Source: Octopus vulgaris (taxonomy: Eukaryota). From it: a stretch of DNA of 64,000 nt. A program made the position numbers and the translations under genes. The DNA is taken from contig OX597814.1 in assembly GCA_951406725.2 (NCBI GenBank), positions 142,910,001-142,974,000 on the forward strand. Reading direction: 5' to 3'. The notes under the pieces are model-generated. The model made no database searches. It worked only from the letters and a program-made list of their open reading frames with translations, and had not been told where the DNA came from. Shown piece after piece: positions 12,269-25,704 of this stretch (position 1 is its first letter; every line of letters begins with the position of its first letter).

Positions 12269-14516
12269 ATTTATTTCTTTTAAATTGCCATAAAGGCATT
12301 ACATAGAGGGGGACACTACAACACATGTGGGGACATATCTTTATATATAAAAGTCAAGTTGTGTGTCTGTCTCCTACGATTTAGATTCCTAACTACTCCC
12401 ACATTTTGCGGTGCAGTGTAACCAAAAGCGGGTATCTTATAGTCGTGATTTATATCGAGCCCTTCTGGGTATTAGCGCGCGTCTACGATGAGTCTACGAT
12501 TTTAAAAATAATTTACCATCATTTTTTTTCCATTTTAATGCATTTTTTCTCTATTATATAAGGGAAGTAATTCTCTAAAAATGTCTACGATGAGTCAACG
12601 ATTTAAAAAAAAAATTACCATCATTTTTTTCCATTTTTAGTGCATTTTCTTGCTATTTTTTGGGATATAACTCTCTAAAAATGCTTATATAGTTATTTCC
12701 CTTACAAATCCGAGCAACGCCGGGCGATACTGCTAGTAACAAAATAAAAATATGATGCTATGAATGACATATGAAAAACATTAAAATTAAAATATTAAAA
12801 TAATGATACATGAATGATAACTTGAGAAATGAGAATATGAAAAGTGTGTTACTCACCCCACACTGAGTAACACCACTCGCCACCTCTGAGTCCTGAGTCC
12901 TCTTTAGTCTTTGATCTAGTCTTTCGTTTACCGTTTTCCTCATCACTGAGTGACAACACTCTCTCCTCCATGTACACGTAAACTTTTTCACCTGTTGAGG
13001 GGTTTTGTAAATTTTGTGTCTGTTCTTTCTTCTTTTTTTTCCTGTAGGAAAAGGGGGTGGGTGAGTTTGGTGTCTGTATGGAGAGGGTGGGTCTGAGTGG
13101 TCTTGGGTGAGATGGAGTTGGTCTGGGGTCCCACATCACACTGACTGTTCTTCCTCTTCTTTCGTTTTTTCTTTTATTCTCTGTCATTCATCTATCCTTC
13201 CATCTATCTGTACTTCTTCCTTTTTCTTCTTCGTCTCCAGCACCGCTTCTTCTGTCGTTTTCCTCTGTGGAGGGCAGTGAGCTCTAATGTAGCCTTTTTG
13301 GCAACATTTAAAGCATCGCGGAACTCTGCCCTCTGCCCATACTCTTAATACTATTTCTCTCAACGTCACCGTCTCTGCCAAATTTTCCTGTTGCTTCGCC
13401 TCCGCTTGTATGATGATTTCCAATGTTTTTCCTTTATATCCTTCTTCCTCCGTCTCTGTGGTTTGGAGGACAGCCACCTCCTCATTACCAACGAGGACGG
13501 CTGCCGCAACCCAAGCCACTTCTATATCGGGTGGAATTCCTTCTACCCTCACCATAGAAGTCTTTCTTCCAAGGTACGTGTGTAGAAGTACTACTTCCTC
13601 CGTTCTTACTGTTGTACTCGCCAGCCTCTTTGCCTCCTCCACTGACCTAAACTGGACAACCACCGTCCCATATCCATTTCCTTTCGCTATATATGTCACT
13701 TCCTTCGAAAGCCCCTTCAATGCGTTTTCTACTTTTTCCATCTCCATCCGCTCCACTTTCCTACTCTCCATTGAGTACACCTTGTAGGTAATGATCTTCT
13801 TTTCCATATTTTCCATGACCCTTTTCGGGGATAATAACTTTACGTCACCGCCCACCTTCTGTGTCATCTTACACAGCTCCATCAGTCCAGCTATGTGAGG
13901 GAAAGAAGCAATCCCACTTGAGATAGAAGTGGCTTGGGTGACGGCATCTGTCCTTGTTTGAAGTGAGGAGAAAGTGGCTGTCCTTCAAGCCACAGAAACG
14001 GAAGAAGGAGGGTGTTTTCACCGCCACACTCGCCAGTCTCCTCGCCTCCTCTACTGTCTTAAATTGGACGACCATTGTCCCATATCTCCGTCCTTTAGTT
14101 ATGTATATTATTTCCTTTGACCGCTCCCTTAGCGCCTTTTCCGTTTCAGCTTCCACCTGCTCAGACTTTTTCCTTTTAACGAGAACACCTTATAGGTGAT
14201 CGTTTTTCTCGCCATCCGCTCCATAATTTCTTTGGTGGACGACAATCTCAACGTCACCTGCCACCTTCTGTACCATCTTCTCATACTACTTCAGACCAGC
14301 CAAGTCCAACTCCCTTCGCTTCATCTACATGGCCTCAGCAAAACTCCTTGTCTTCTCTAACACTCCGCCTATCTTTATAACCGCCCTTACCAGCTCCTCC
14401 TCTGCTGAAGACAACTCAGACTCGCTAAAGTCTGAGTACATCATCTCTAGCCTCAAAGCAACAAAAAACAAGCACAAACGACAAACCAAATGCACTCTGT
14501 GTGACGCATGAGCGGG
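12269..14516 (-). mobile_element. ORF1-only element family D, rearranged/composite
   Basis: 3' tail at 12269-12337; ORF 13184-13882 with EGRVPRCFKC knuckle remnant; a second 5' ORF1 portion at 14013-14440. Confidence 0.8.
12338..12736 (+). mobile_element. Non-autonomous Helitron-like element
   Basis: 5' TC start, 3' GC-rich hairpin plus CTAG, inserted between A and T with no TSD; the empty site GGACATA|TAACAA is visible in the paralogue at about 14590. Confidence 0.85.
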
Positions 14517-14526
14517 AGCAAGCTTC

Positions 14527-15985
14527 TTTATTTCTTTTAAATTGCCATAAAGACATTACACAGAGGGGGACACTACAACACATGTGGGGACATATAACAA
14601 TTAAAAATTTAAAAATAAAATTTGATATAATGAATGACACATAGAAATGAACATGAAAACAAATTAAAATATGATAATATGAATGATATCTGAAAATGAT
14701 ATCATGAAGAGTGTGCTACTCACCCCACACTGAGTAACATCACTCGCCGCCTCTGGGTCCTAAGTCCTTTTACTCCTTCAGTCCAATCCTTTTTCCCTAT
14801 TCTCTATCGCTTAGTGACATCATTCTCTCGGTCATGCATTCGTAACCTTTTTCACTGGGGGGAGGGTCTTCTAAATTTTTATAGTGTCTGTTCTTTCTTT
14901 TTCTTCTTTTTTTTCTTGTGGGGAAATGGGGTGGGTGGGTTTGGTGTCTGTATGGGGAGGGTGGGTCTGAGTGGTTTTTGGTGGGATGGAGTTGGACTGG
15001 GGTACCACATCATACTCAGTGCTTTTTCTTTTTTCTCTTTCTCCTTCAGTAACTTTCCATTCTTCCTCCTTTTCCTCCTTTCCGTCGTCTATCTTTTCTT
15101 CCTCTCTTTTCTCTTCCATCTCCACAACTCTATCCTCAGCCATTGTCCTCTGTAGAGGACAGTGTGTTCTAATGTGGCCCTTTTGGCCACATTGAAAACA
15201 ACAAGGTACTCTGCCCTCTGCCTACACCCTCAGCACGATTTGCCCCAACGTCATCGTCTCTGCCAAGTTCTCCAGTTGTCCCTCCTCCGCCTGGATAATT
15301 ATTTCAAGTGTCCTTCCTTTCCACCCTCCTTCTGTTTCTGTGGCTTGGAGGACAGCTACCTTCTCCTTGCTTCCAAAAAGGTGAGCTGCCGCTATCCAAG
15401 CCACTTCTATATCCGGTGGAATTTCTTCTACTCTCACCTTGGAACTCTTTCTTCCAAGGTATGTGGGCAGAAGTACTACTTCCTCTGTTTTCACTACCAC
15501 ACTCACCAGCCTCCTCGCCTCCTCTACTGTCCTAAATTGGACGACCATTGTCCCATATCTTCTTCCTTTGGTTATGTACGTTATCTTCTTTGTATGTTCC
15601 CCTCAGCGCCTTTTCCACTTCTGCTTCCACCTGTTCTGCCTTTTTTCCTTCCAACAAGTACACCTTATAGGTGATCGTTTTCTTCTCCATCCTTTCCATA
15701 ATTCCTTTGGAGAGCGAAATCTTCACGTTGCCGCCCACCTTCTGAGCCATCTTCTCGTACTCCTTCAGACCAGCCAAGTCCAGCTCCCTTCGCTTCATCT
15801 CCGAGGCTTCAGCAAAACTCCTTGTCTTCAACACTTCGTCCATCTTTATAACCGCCCTTACCAGCTCTTCCACCTCCTCCGACAACTCAGACCCGTCAAG
15901 GTCTGAGTACATCTTCTAAGCAAGACAAAAACTACGTCCGACTCTTACAAAATCCAAACAGCAAATAACCGGACGCATGCACGGA
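14527..15985 (-). mobile_element. ORF1-only element family D, frameshifted
   Basis: ORFs 15532-15912, 15222-15548 and 14871-15143; knuckle remnant at 15160-15200; tail at 14527-14600. Confidence 0.85.
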
Positions 15986-17191
15986 AGCAACCTTCTTACC
16001 ACGCAGCTACACCTGTAGAAGACAGCTTCCTTCAAATTCGAACTTGGAATGTTTAAGTTCGAAGCACAAAACCGTCGTTACTATATTTGGTAACACTGAA
16101 GTGAGATACGAATGATTAACAACATTGTATATATTAATGTTGACCAGAGTTAATTTTGCCTATTTTTCTTGAGCTCTGTTGTAAAGTCTTCATTATTTAT
16201 GGTAGTTTTAGATGGGCGTTGACAAGCAAAAAGACAAGTTTCATTTCGTGCCTAGAAGCCACATGGAACATTCTGGACCCTTGAATTTTAAACACTCTGG
16301 TGTTTAACTCTCCAAAGGAATACTTTCTATTGCTGCTGGAGAACTTGTTTTTAACATCAATTCTATTGTATATTGCACTAGCTTTAGTTTGTTTCATTTA
16401 CTATATTCCATTGTTTTAATTTAGTCTCTTTATCGTTGACACGTTATATATTTTCTTTTATTACATCCTCGAAATATTTCCTATATTTAATTTGTTGTTG
16501 GAAGGCATATAAATTTTTTAATATATTTTACACAGAACATGTGGTTTATTCGAAATTACTGTTGTCATTGGTTTGCAAACTAAACTGTATGAGAATATAT
16601 ATTTTGTGGCATAATATATTTGGAAGAGCACATCTCCCAGTTTGTAGTTTCATTTTATTGACTATCAGTTGTGACACGTAATCCTTGAGAACCTTCTGCA
16701 GATATTAAATATATTTTCTGTAGTTCAAAACACTATTGTATATAACTGTTCTCTCCAATAAAGCCATCCTTTTATTTTATATACCATATTTACTGTTGTA
16801 TAAATTGCACCATTAATTTAGTGTTAAATCTTCGTTAAAAATCATTTTCCTTTCATAGTTTTTGTTTTGACCCGTGGCATCAAGATTTTCAGCTAAAATC
16901 AAGTATGAGATAGTGCGCCTTATACACGAATAAATAAGGTGTATATTTACATTACACGTCGTATCCCACTTTAGACAATCTCTTTAATTATATCTTTTAT
17001 CTTTCGCTTGTTTCAGTCATTATAATACGGCCATGCTGGAGCACCATTTTGAAGGGTTTAGTCCAACAAATCGACCCCAGTACTTTTTCTTTATAGTCTG
17101 TTAATTATTCTATCGATATCTTTTGCCGAACCGTCAATGTTGCGGGGGATGCAAAATAAAAAAAAGTGGTTATCATGTGACGAAAAACCTG

Positions 17192-17226
<35 letters not shown>

Positions 17227-17404
17227 ACAACGGGCATTATTCTGTTTCCGTGTATTAAATTTTTGTCCAGCAGGCTTCTTTCAGTCACCGTCTATCAAAT
17301 TCACTCAAGGCTTTAATCGTCCTGGGTCTATTGCAGATGACATTTGTCCAAGTAGCCACAGAGTAGGACTGAACTCAGAACCATGTGATTGAATAGCAAA
17401 CTTC

Positions 17405-19044
17405 TTTATTTCACGATATTTGGCTATGAAAGCCGTACACAGAGGGGACAGCACAAGGTGGGGACAAAAAAAGAAAACGAATAGAAAGGATGAATTAAAT
17501 ATAATGAAAAATGAAATGAAGCCGTTCGGCTCCCACCTCCGAGTGACTTCATTGAACCTGTTAATACAAGGTTTTTCTTTAAACCTAGTTTATAACACAA
17601 TTATTAGCGACAGCTAATTATCAAATACTCCGAAGGATGTTTACATTGTGCTTCTTTAAAATATCAGAAACACTTATTTGTTTAGCATTGAGCTAGTGTC
17701 CACTTTCTTGATCCAGCACTCATAGTCATGGTTTTCTTCAAAGTCCTTTAATCTTGATATATATTCTGGGTCTGCCACTACACAGAAGGTACTCGAGTAT
17801 CCCTTTCACGCCTGATACATCCTCTTTTATAACACTGTCCCACGAGTCTATTTTGTTATACAATTCTTCATTGTCTCCACTGTACGTTATAACATAGTTT
17901 TCCAAGGGCGAGGGTGGAGAAATTTGGGGCTCCCGTGTGTTTGTGCTTGTGTTTATGTCCTGTAGGGTATGGAGGGGGCTGGTGTCTGTAGGGAGTGGTT
18001 GGGGTAGAGTGGGTATGGGTGGGAGCTTGGTGGGTGTGGGTCATCCTTTACAGCATGTGCCTTTTTCTCTTTCTTCTCTTTTCCCAGCTGTTTCCCATTC
18101 ATTATCCATCTCCTCTTCTTCGACGCTAAACTGGTCTTTATTTGTATTGCCGCCTCACTCCTTTTCCTCAACATACACGGGTAGTGGAGCACCAGCTACT
18201 TTCTCATTCTCTTGTCTCTCTTTAGCCTTCAGGACAATCCGCTCTATTGTGGTCTTTTAGGCCACATTTATAGCACCGCGGAATCCTCCCTTCCACTCTG
18301 AATTTCAGTGTTGCGTCTCCGACCGTGATTGTCTCTACCATATTTTCGATATCTTCCACGGCAACCTGTGCTACCATATCGAGGCTTTGTCCTTGCCAGT
18401 TCCTGTGGAGTGTTCTGGTGGCGTGGAGGACCACCATCTTCTCCTCCATGCCTAGCACTATGGCAGCTACCTGCCAGACTACATCCACTTCTGGGGGTAT
18501 GTCTTCTACCCTAACCCTGGAAGCACGTCTCCCAAGGTATACGGTTAGATGCACCACTTCTTTGGTTTTTAACGGTGTAACTGAGTGCAGCCTGGCAGTA
18601 GCTACCTCCCGAAACCGCACCAACACTGTCCCAAATTTTCTTCCTCTGGCTGCCCCCGAATATGTTCTGTAATTATGGCTTTCTCATTTTTCTATTCGTT
18701 TACCTCCCCATTAATCGTTTCCTTGAATTTACTTATATCCTCCAGCCTTACGTCTTCGCTTCTTTCATTCGTAACCTCTGCATAATTTTTCGTCTCCATC
18801 ACTTCATCTATCCTCTTCAAACACTCCACCATTTCTTCCTCAGTCGACACAAAGTCTGAAGGAGAATAGTTTACAATGTCTGAAGAAGAAGAATTAAAAT
18901 TCCTCACACGACGTCCCTCCATTAAACAAGAGAGAAAACGTCGCACCGCTAAGACAGCCAAAAAAAACAAACAAAAAAAACAAAAACAAAAACACGTGTG
19001 TTACTCACAAAACCAACAATTCAACTAGCAAACGTTGTACAGGA
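17405..19044 (-). mobile_element. ORF1-only element family E, degenerate
   Basis: ORF 18222-18626 with EGRIPRCYKCGLKDHNRADC; tail hairpin GGCT-TTCAT-AGCC then AATAAA. Confidence 0.85.
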
Positions 19045-19054
19045 ATCAAGCTTC

Positions 19055-21010
19055 TTTATTTCATAAATATTTGCTATACTAGCATTACAAAGAGGGGACA
19101 AACAAGGACAGACAAACGTAAAATGGTGAAGAAGCTGCTACAATTTAAAAGTTCTTTGTTTCTTTTTAATGATAAATTACGATTAAAATTTACGATTAAA
19201 ATTACAGTAAAAATTTAAAAGTTCGATGGTATCACATTGTCACAGGCAATTTTTCTCCCAAAGGAAAGGCACCCGACTACCAGGGTAGAACCTCTGCTTT
19301 TTTTCCGGGGCTCCACTTACTTGGTGCCAATCACTCCCAGCTTTCTTGCCACAAACTTCCATCTTTTCTCGAATCCTTCTCGTGACAGGTACCTCTTATC
19401 AACTGAGGTGGTAATTAAAAAAGTTAACCAACACCTGGCCAGATACAAAGGTAACCGTCACTATTCTTTTCACACGCATCTTCCATACTCTTTCTTTCAG
19501 TATGGCTACTACGCAGAAAAAGCAAGCCTTCCTCTCCCTGTTGAGGGAAGGAGGCGCACAATCTCGATGATAGACTTAGCCGATAGCTGTACTCTTCCCA
19601 TCGATGACAACAGTTGTTCTGCGAAAGCTATTAGTCCCGTTAATTCCGGACACTTCACAAATGCGTGCAAGACGGTTTCCCTGTCCTGCCCGCATCTCGG
19701 ACATGTCGGCGAGACGGCACTTCTGTGCCTTGACAGTTTATCGCGAACAGGTAACGCCACACGGAAGCATTGCCAAGCCAAGGATTTCTGGTAATTATCT
19801 AGATAACCTGGCCCGAAAGCTCTCCTGAACAGGTTGATCAACTGATTTTAATCGTAGCTCAGGGTCTCCACAAGGCGTCTTCGGATATAATCTCTACTAA
19901 CCCGCTATAAAAACCGCGGTGGAACTCCTACTGCCGGCATTGCCCGCCCGAGAGAGCAACTGAAGTGCCTGACGGCACTCCAATGGCCAGTCCCCCAGCT
20001 TAGGTCTCTGCTTGATCCATATACCAATGCGCGTTAAGGACGTTAACTGCGGAAGATAGAACTGGACATGCGATGACCACACCTGCTCTCCATCCAAGTA
20101 AAGCCAGAGGTGCCTCAACCTTAGCGCGAATTTTCGCATCTTCAGCCAAGGCATCCCTATCCCACCCTTTAGTGATTTCTGGCAACAGATAGAGCGCTTC
20201 ACAAGTGGCTTACCTCCCTTCCACAAAAAGCGGAAAAGGATTCTCTCCAACTTGTTCAGTCACAAATCGGGGCAAGGCACCACGGTCAGACAGTAGGTGA
20301 TTACTGATGCTATAAACATCTGCACCACCTCCGCCCTCCCTAGCAAGGATATCGCCCGCCCAGACCAGGTCTGGGTTAGAGCAGTCACCTTGCTGGTCAC
20401 CTCACTCCAATTTTTCTCTATCTGGAGAAACCACTTCTATATCAGGTGGGATTGCTTCTACCCTTACCTTGGAAGTCTTTCTTCCAAGGTGTGAGGGCAG
20501 ATGAATTACTTCCTCTGTTTTTACTGCCACACTCGCCAGCCTCCTCGCCTCCTCTACTGTCCTAAATTGGACGACTATTGTCCTATATCTCCTTCCTTTA
20601 GTTATGTATATTATTTCTTTCGAATTCTCCCTAAGCACCTTTTCCGTTTCAGCTTCCACCTTTTAACGAGAACATCTTATAGGTGATCGTTTTTCTTTCC
20701 ATCCGCTCCATAATTCCTTTGGGGGGCGACAACCTCACGTCCCCTCCCACCTTCTGTACCATCTTATACTCCTTCAGACCAGCCAAGTCCAACTCCCTTC
20801 ACTTCATCTCCGTGGCCTCAGCAAAACTCCTTGTCTTCTCCAATACTCTGTCCATCTTTATGACCGCTCTTACCAGCTCGTCCTCTGCTGAAGACAGCTC
20901 CGACCCGCTAAAGTCTGAGTGCATTGTGTCTACCTTCAAAGCAGCACAAAAAACTTCCGACTTGCACAAAAACGACAAACTAAATGCACTCTGGGTGACG
21001 CATGCGCAGA
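19055..21010 (-). mobile_element. Internally deleted Tx1 LINE (D-type ORF1 5' part fused to ORF2 C-terminus)
   Basis: 20426-20920 is ORF1-like; 19330-20425 is homologous to ORF2 at 26283-27430 (LRLRHLWLYLDGE; CPRCG..ETVLHAFVKC). Confidence 0.85.
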
Positions 21011-21589
21011 AGCAAGCTTCTTACCACGTAGCGAAACCTTTAAAAGACAGCTTCCTTCAAATTCGAACTTGGAATGTTTAAGTTCGAAACTGAAAACCGT
21101 CGTTACTATATTTGGTAACACTGAAGTGAGATACTTATGACTAATGATTAACAACATTGTATATATTATTATTGACCAGAGTGAATTTTGCCTATTTTAC
21201 TTGAACTCTGTTGTAACGTCTGTTGCCATTTTTTGAAGTGAATCATTTTTGATGGACATTGACAAGCAAGACAAGTTTCATTTCGTGACTAGAAGCCTCA
21301 TGGAACATTCTGGACCTTTGAGTTATAAAAACTCTAGTGTTTAGCTCTCCCAAGGAATACTTTTTATTGCTGCAGGAGCCCTTGTGTCTTTAGTTCTATA
21401 TTTAATAAAAAATGTTCATCAACTTTCTCTCAAAGATATTACAGCTATTGTAACCGGAGACTGCCCTAAATGTATGGGACATTCAGCTCTCAGCTTTTTA
21501 CAATTTTAGTATTTCTTGCTTCGCACATATACAACAAATTGTACATTATGTATATCAAAGAGGTTTAGTATTATTACTAAATATTGGTT

Positions 21590-21770
21590 TCAAATTTTGG
21601 CCCAAAGCCGGCAAGTTTAAAGGAGGGGATAAGTCGAATGCATCGAATCCAGTGTTCAACTGGTACTTATTTTATCGACCTCCGAAAGGATAAAAAGCAA
21701 AGTCGACGTAAAGACGGATGAAATGCGCATTTTGCCCTCTGTCCCAACTATTCCGAGCTCACTGCCTTAG
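21590..21770 (-). mobile_element. SINE S2 relic
   Basis: CTGGTACTTATTTTATCGACC...GAAAGGATAAAAAGCAAAGTCGAC. Confidence 0.65.
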
Positions 21771-23004
21771 TTATTACTGTATATAATTTTTCCTCTTAAT
21801 TACAAAGTTGACTTCTATCATCTCAAAGTGATATAGACAGTCGACAAAACAAACTCCATTAACATTTTGGGTTTTTTAAATCTCTTTTTTGTCAGGGACT
21901 ATTTCACTGGTGTTACATCTGCAAGAAACCTACACCTTTAAGTCAAGCACTTTTGAGAAAGTAAACGAAAGCAATGCTCTTGCACTTGCTTGTCATACAG
22001 ATAGCATCTGCATCATTCCCGAAGACTCTGTAGCTACTTTGCCTGCATATAGGCTCCATTCATTCTAACAAATCATTACATTATGACGTGCACTGTTAGA
22101 TCTCTCCTTGTCCATTGCTATCAGCTTTAGCGGTTTCAGTTAGGTCCTTTAGACACTTCGTCAATGACCTTTACGATGTAATTTCTAACGACGCATACTC
22201 CTACATAGATAATCCGACCATACATTCCTCTTTAACTTTTCACAAGCAAGTGTCACCTGCAAGTCATTTAGACATTTGCCCTCTAAGTTTGCATCACTTT
22301 CGTGAACACACATCTATGTAAACTCCTACCTCTGGGGATAACGTTATTCGCCTAAATAGCAATTATTCAGCATTATCTTAAAATCACTAGTTTATTGAGC
22401 CAACGAGGGAACTTCTATATATATTTGCCCAACTAGAAATAACAGTCAAATTTTCATCAAAACACACCCCATCGTTTTAAAAGACACTTTAAATAATATT
22501 ATCTTGGGTGTACACAGACTGGAAAAAAGAGACAAGATTGTCACGGCTGAAGTGTCATTGATCATATGCGTCTCTCGTTAAACAGCAGTAATAACTACGA
22601 TCGTCACCATTAGTTTGTGGACAAACTATTTCGTTGCTGAGCTTTTTTTTTCCCATTATTATAAGCGTTGCTGCTTCTTTGGGCAACCAAACTCCATATT
22701 ATTGACTCTACCCTATTCCACGTATTTTCTTCTTTTGCAAACTTCCACCCAGCGTATCGCAGCCAACAAATCTCGCACTACACATTTTTCTTACTGTTTC
22801 CATCCTTACCGATGTGCTCGTTGAATGTCCAATACATTGATTTCATCAGCCCTGGAAGATTTGCAATGCTAAGATCATTACCCTTCGTTTAAATAATACC
22901 CATTGTATCCTGGATTATATACGTTTATATATAAACACGTGCGCGCGTACACACACACACACACTTAATAAACTGCGCAAATTTAGTTCTATAATACGTT
23001 AGGT

Positions 23005-23240
23005 AAAGCCGACGAGCTAACAGAATAGCTAGAACATCGGGAAAATGTCTTACGCTATTAGTTCAGGCTCTTTGCATTTTCAGTTCAGTTAGTTCAGATC
23101 TCAGCGACCAACTTTGCCTTTCATCCTTTCAGGGTCGATAAAATAAAGCGTCAATCAATTCAAGAACTGGGGTCGATGGCATCGACTAATACCCTCCCCT
23201 CAAAATCGTTGGCTTCGTGCCTAATTCAGAAACCATTATA
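23005..23240 (+). mobile_element. SINE S2 relic
   Basis: CTTTGCCTTTCATCCTTTCAGGGTCGATAAAATAA core. Confidence 0.65.
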
Positions 23241-25344
23241 GTACATTAGGTAAGTATTATTATATATATATAAAAACCAAGTTGACTGATGCAGTCAGCA
23301 TTGTTCATGTAGCGTTTCATTTATCTATCTTACTGTGACATAATCAATTGACCTCTTTTTGCTGGCCTTAAACTTCACTGTATTTCAACATTTTTATTTT
23401 CAAATGTTATATGTTAAGAAGATTAAGCTGGAGTGATTTTCGCGATAAGAAATAAATGTCTTTTGCTTTTGATTGCAAAGTGCTTTTGTTATAAGTTATG
23501 GAAAAGTTTTCTAAAGTGGGAAGGAAAAGACTAAGCAAAATTTAAGAATAGCTAGTTGCAGGTTTTTCTTCCCTTTGATTTTCAAACACGATTTCATAAT
23601 AATCGATATTTCAGAATTTGAAGTTTTCCAATTGAAAGAAGGAAAAATATTCACTTGTATACGCAGTTTTCCACAATGCAGCGATTGCATCCAATAAAAT
23701 GTTCCTAACTGCTATTGTAGAATAGTAAAACTTAAAATGATCCGTGTTATGTAGTAATTAACAACAACATTTTATTATTAATATTAAATATTTTTCAATA
23801 TATTTTATTCATTAAAACGTTATTGCTCAGTGTTAAATTATTTACATAACCAACACAATGATTTACTGATTTTGGCTAAAATCTCCTACTAAATTATCAC
23901 CATTTTAGTATAATGTTTTAAATACATAATATGAATAATTACAGCGTGGATTTCAAAGTATAATATTAAGGAATGGTTGTATGGTTAAGATGTTCGCGCG
24001 TAGCACGTTAGGCAAGTGTCTTCTCCTATAGCCTCTAGGCAGATCAAGACTGTGAGTGAATTTAGTATGAAAACTTCACAGAAACCACCTGTCTATCCAT
24101 ATGTCTGTCTGTCTGTCTGTCTGTCTGTGCTTGTGCTTCTGTTTGTCTTTGTTTCTTGACAACCGGTGCTTGTTTATTTGAATATTTGTGTATTAGCAGT
24201 ACGGCAAAAATAAAAATAAAAATAAAAGATTGTTAATATAAGTACCAGACTTAAAAAGAAGTAATGGGTTCTTCGAAAGTATCATACGATTGCCGCAAGG
24301 TTTTTGCTGGTTTTCCGTACTTGAAAGAAAGAACAATTAATTATTAATTTCTTTTATTAAATGTACTTATACGTCATCTAGTAGTTCAGCCATCGGCTTC
24401 AGTTATTTTCCTTTTTGTTTAAGATTCACTTACAAAACTAGGATTTACATCTGCTGCTGAGATATTTTTGTGGGCTCTAAAATGAGATGCTTTCTCGAGA
24501 TGAATACAGCAGTTTAGAAGGGTTTCAACAGTATGCACGCTTTAAGTATGATAACCATTTGAGATGGTTAATTTGCCTAGTTACTATGAATAATGTACAC
24601 AAGTATAAAATAGCATTATACACATTATAAATGAAGTAGTAACGAGTTTACTACATAGTAAAACTCGCTCCTCTCAACTTCATGTCTAAATATTTCTCTC
24701 TAATCTGTATTATGGGCTCCTATAATCTGTCTAATCTATTTGTTTTATCTGTCAGTTTAATCGGTTTGTTTTTAATATCCTTCACATATCTTAACTATAA
24801 ATGTTTGACCATTAAGTCCAATCTTCTTAAGCCGTCTGTTAGACTTGTCAATTTTAATGGTCTTTTAAATACTACTTATCTATCTGAAAAAGCTATTAAT
24901 TACAGACAGCCATAAGACACACGAAGAAAGCACGAACATCGCAGTCGACCTTCCTATGTGAATCTTAGCTATGATTACCATTTCTTAATGTTTTGTTTTG
25001 TTTTTTCGTTTTTATAAGATACGTTTTAGTCAGAAGGGAAAGCAGTGATTCGTTACAGGGACTCAAACAGGGATACGTGGGAGGGAGAAAACAAGATTTC
25101 CTCAAGCGAGAGGCCTGACCCGAATGCTTACAACAAAAGATGTCCAAGGTATCAGCGGGGTGTGTTTAACCACGATGCTATTTGAAACCAGAGCGCAAAG
25201 TACCGAACAAATATCACAAGATATCCTGTCTAAACTTTTTACAGTTCTACGAATGCACAATCATGAAATAATACGTTTATTAATCAACCTGGAATGTCAA
25301 AATAGCCAAAGAATTTAATTCTTTGGCAAATATGGGCGGAAATA

Positions 25345-25508
25345 CCAGGCGCATGTATGACTGTGTGGTCAAGAAGCTTGCTTTGCAATCTTGGTTTCGG
25401 GTTCAGTCCCATTGCGTGACACCTTGGGCAAGGGTCTTCTATTATAGTCCCACGCTGACCAAACTTTTCTGAGGGAATTGGTTTGACGGAAACTGTGTGA
25501 AAGTCCAT

Positions 25509-25510
<2 letters not shown>
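25345..25510 (+). mobile_element. SINE S1, partial
   Basis: TGTGTGGTCAAGAAGCTTGCT...ACCTTGGGCAAG; target site empty. Confidence 0.7.
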
Positions 25511-25557
<47 letters not shown>

Positions 25558-25704
25558 TAGCATTAAAGACCCGTCGTCGCCGGGTCATAGTGCTAGTGCA
25601 TGTATATATATGTGTACATATTACATGTACATCTATATATATACATCTACACATAAAATACAAAATACAAAGTTATATCTTGATATCGCTAGTGATAACA
25701 ATAC

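Larger units (their letters stand above)
11900..16015 (-). mobile_element. SINE S1 split by a tandem array of ORF1-only elements
   Basis: SINE body at 11900-12268 and head at 15986-16015; AGCAAGC(TTC)-like sequence at each junction (12262, 14517, 15986). Confidence 0.85.
17000..21040 (-). mobile_element. SINE S1 split by a second tandem array
   Basis: Body at 17000-17403 and head at 21011-21040; junction motif at 17395, 19045 and 21011. Confidence 0.85.
11125..21385. repeat. Diverged tandem duplication of about 5 kb (11125-16385 and 16390-21385)
   Basis: 11125-12268 aligns with 16390-17403; 16015-16345 aligns with 21045-21380. Confidence 0.85.

Noticed and set aside
19230-19310. Pseudoknot in the deleted LINE 3' UTR
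   Set aside because: A hairpin with loop UGGUAGUC exists but only 4-5 bp partners were found, so it was not counted as support.
22030-22400. Possible CR1-like RT remnant; also a possible restriction-like endonuclease remnant at 300-410 and a Penelope-like remnant at 7930-8950
   Set aside because: Too degenerate to support by eye; needs tBLASTn or HMM confirmation.
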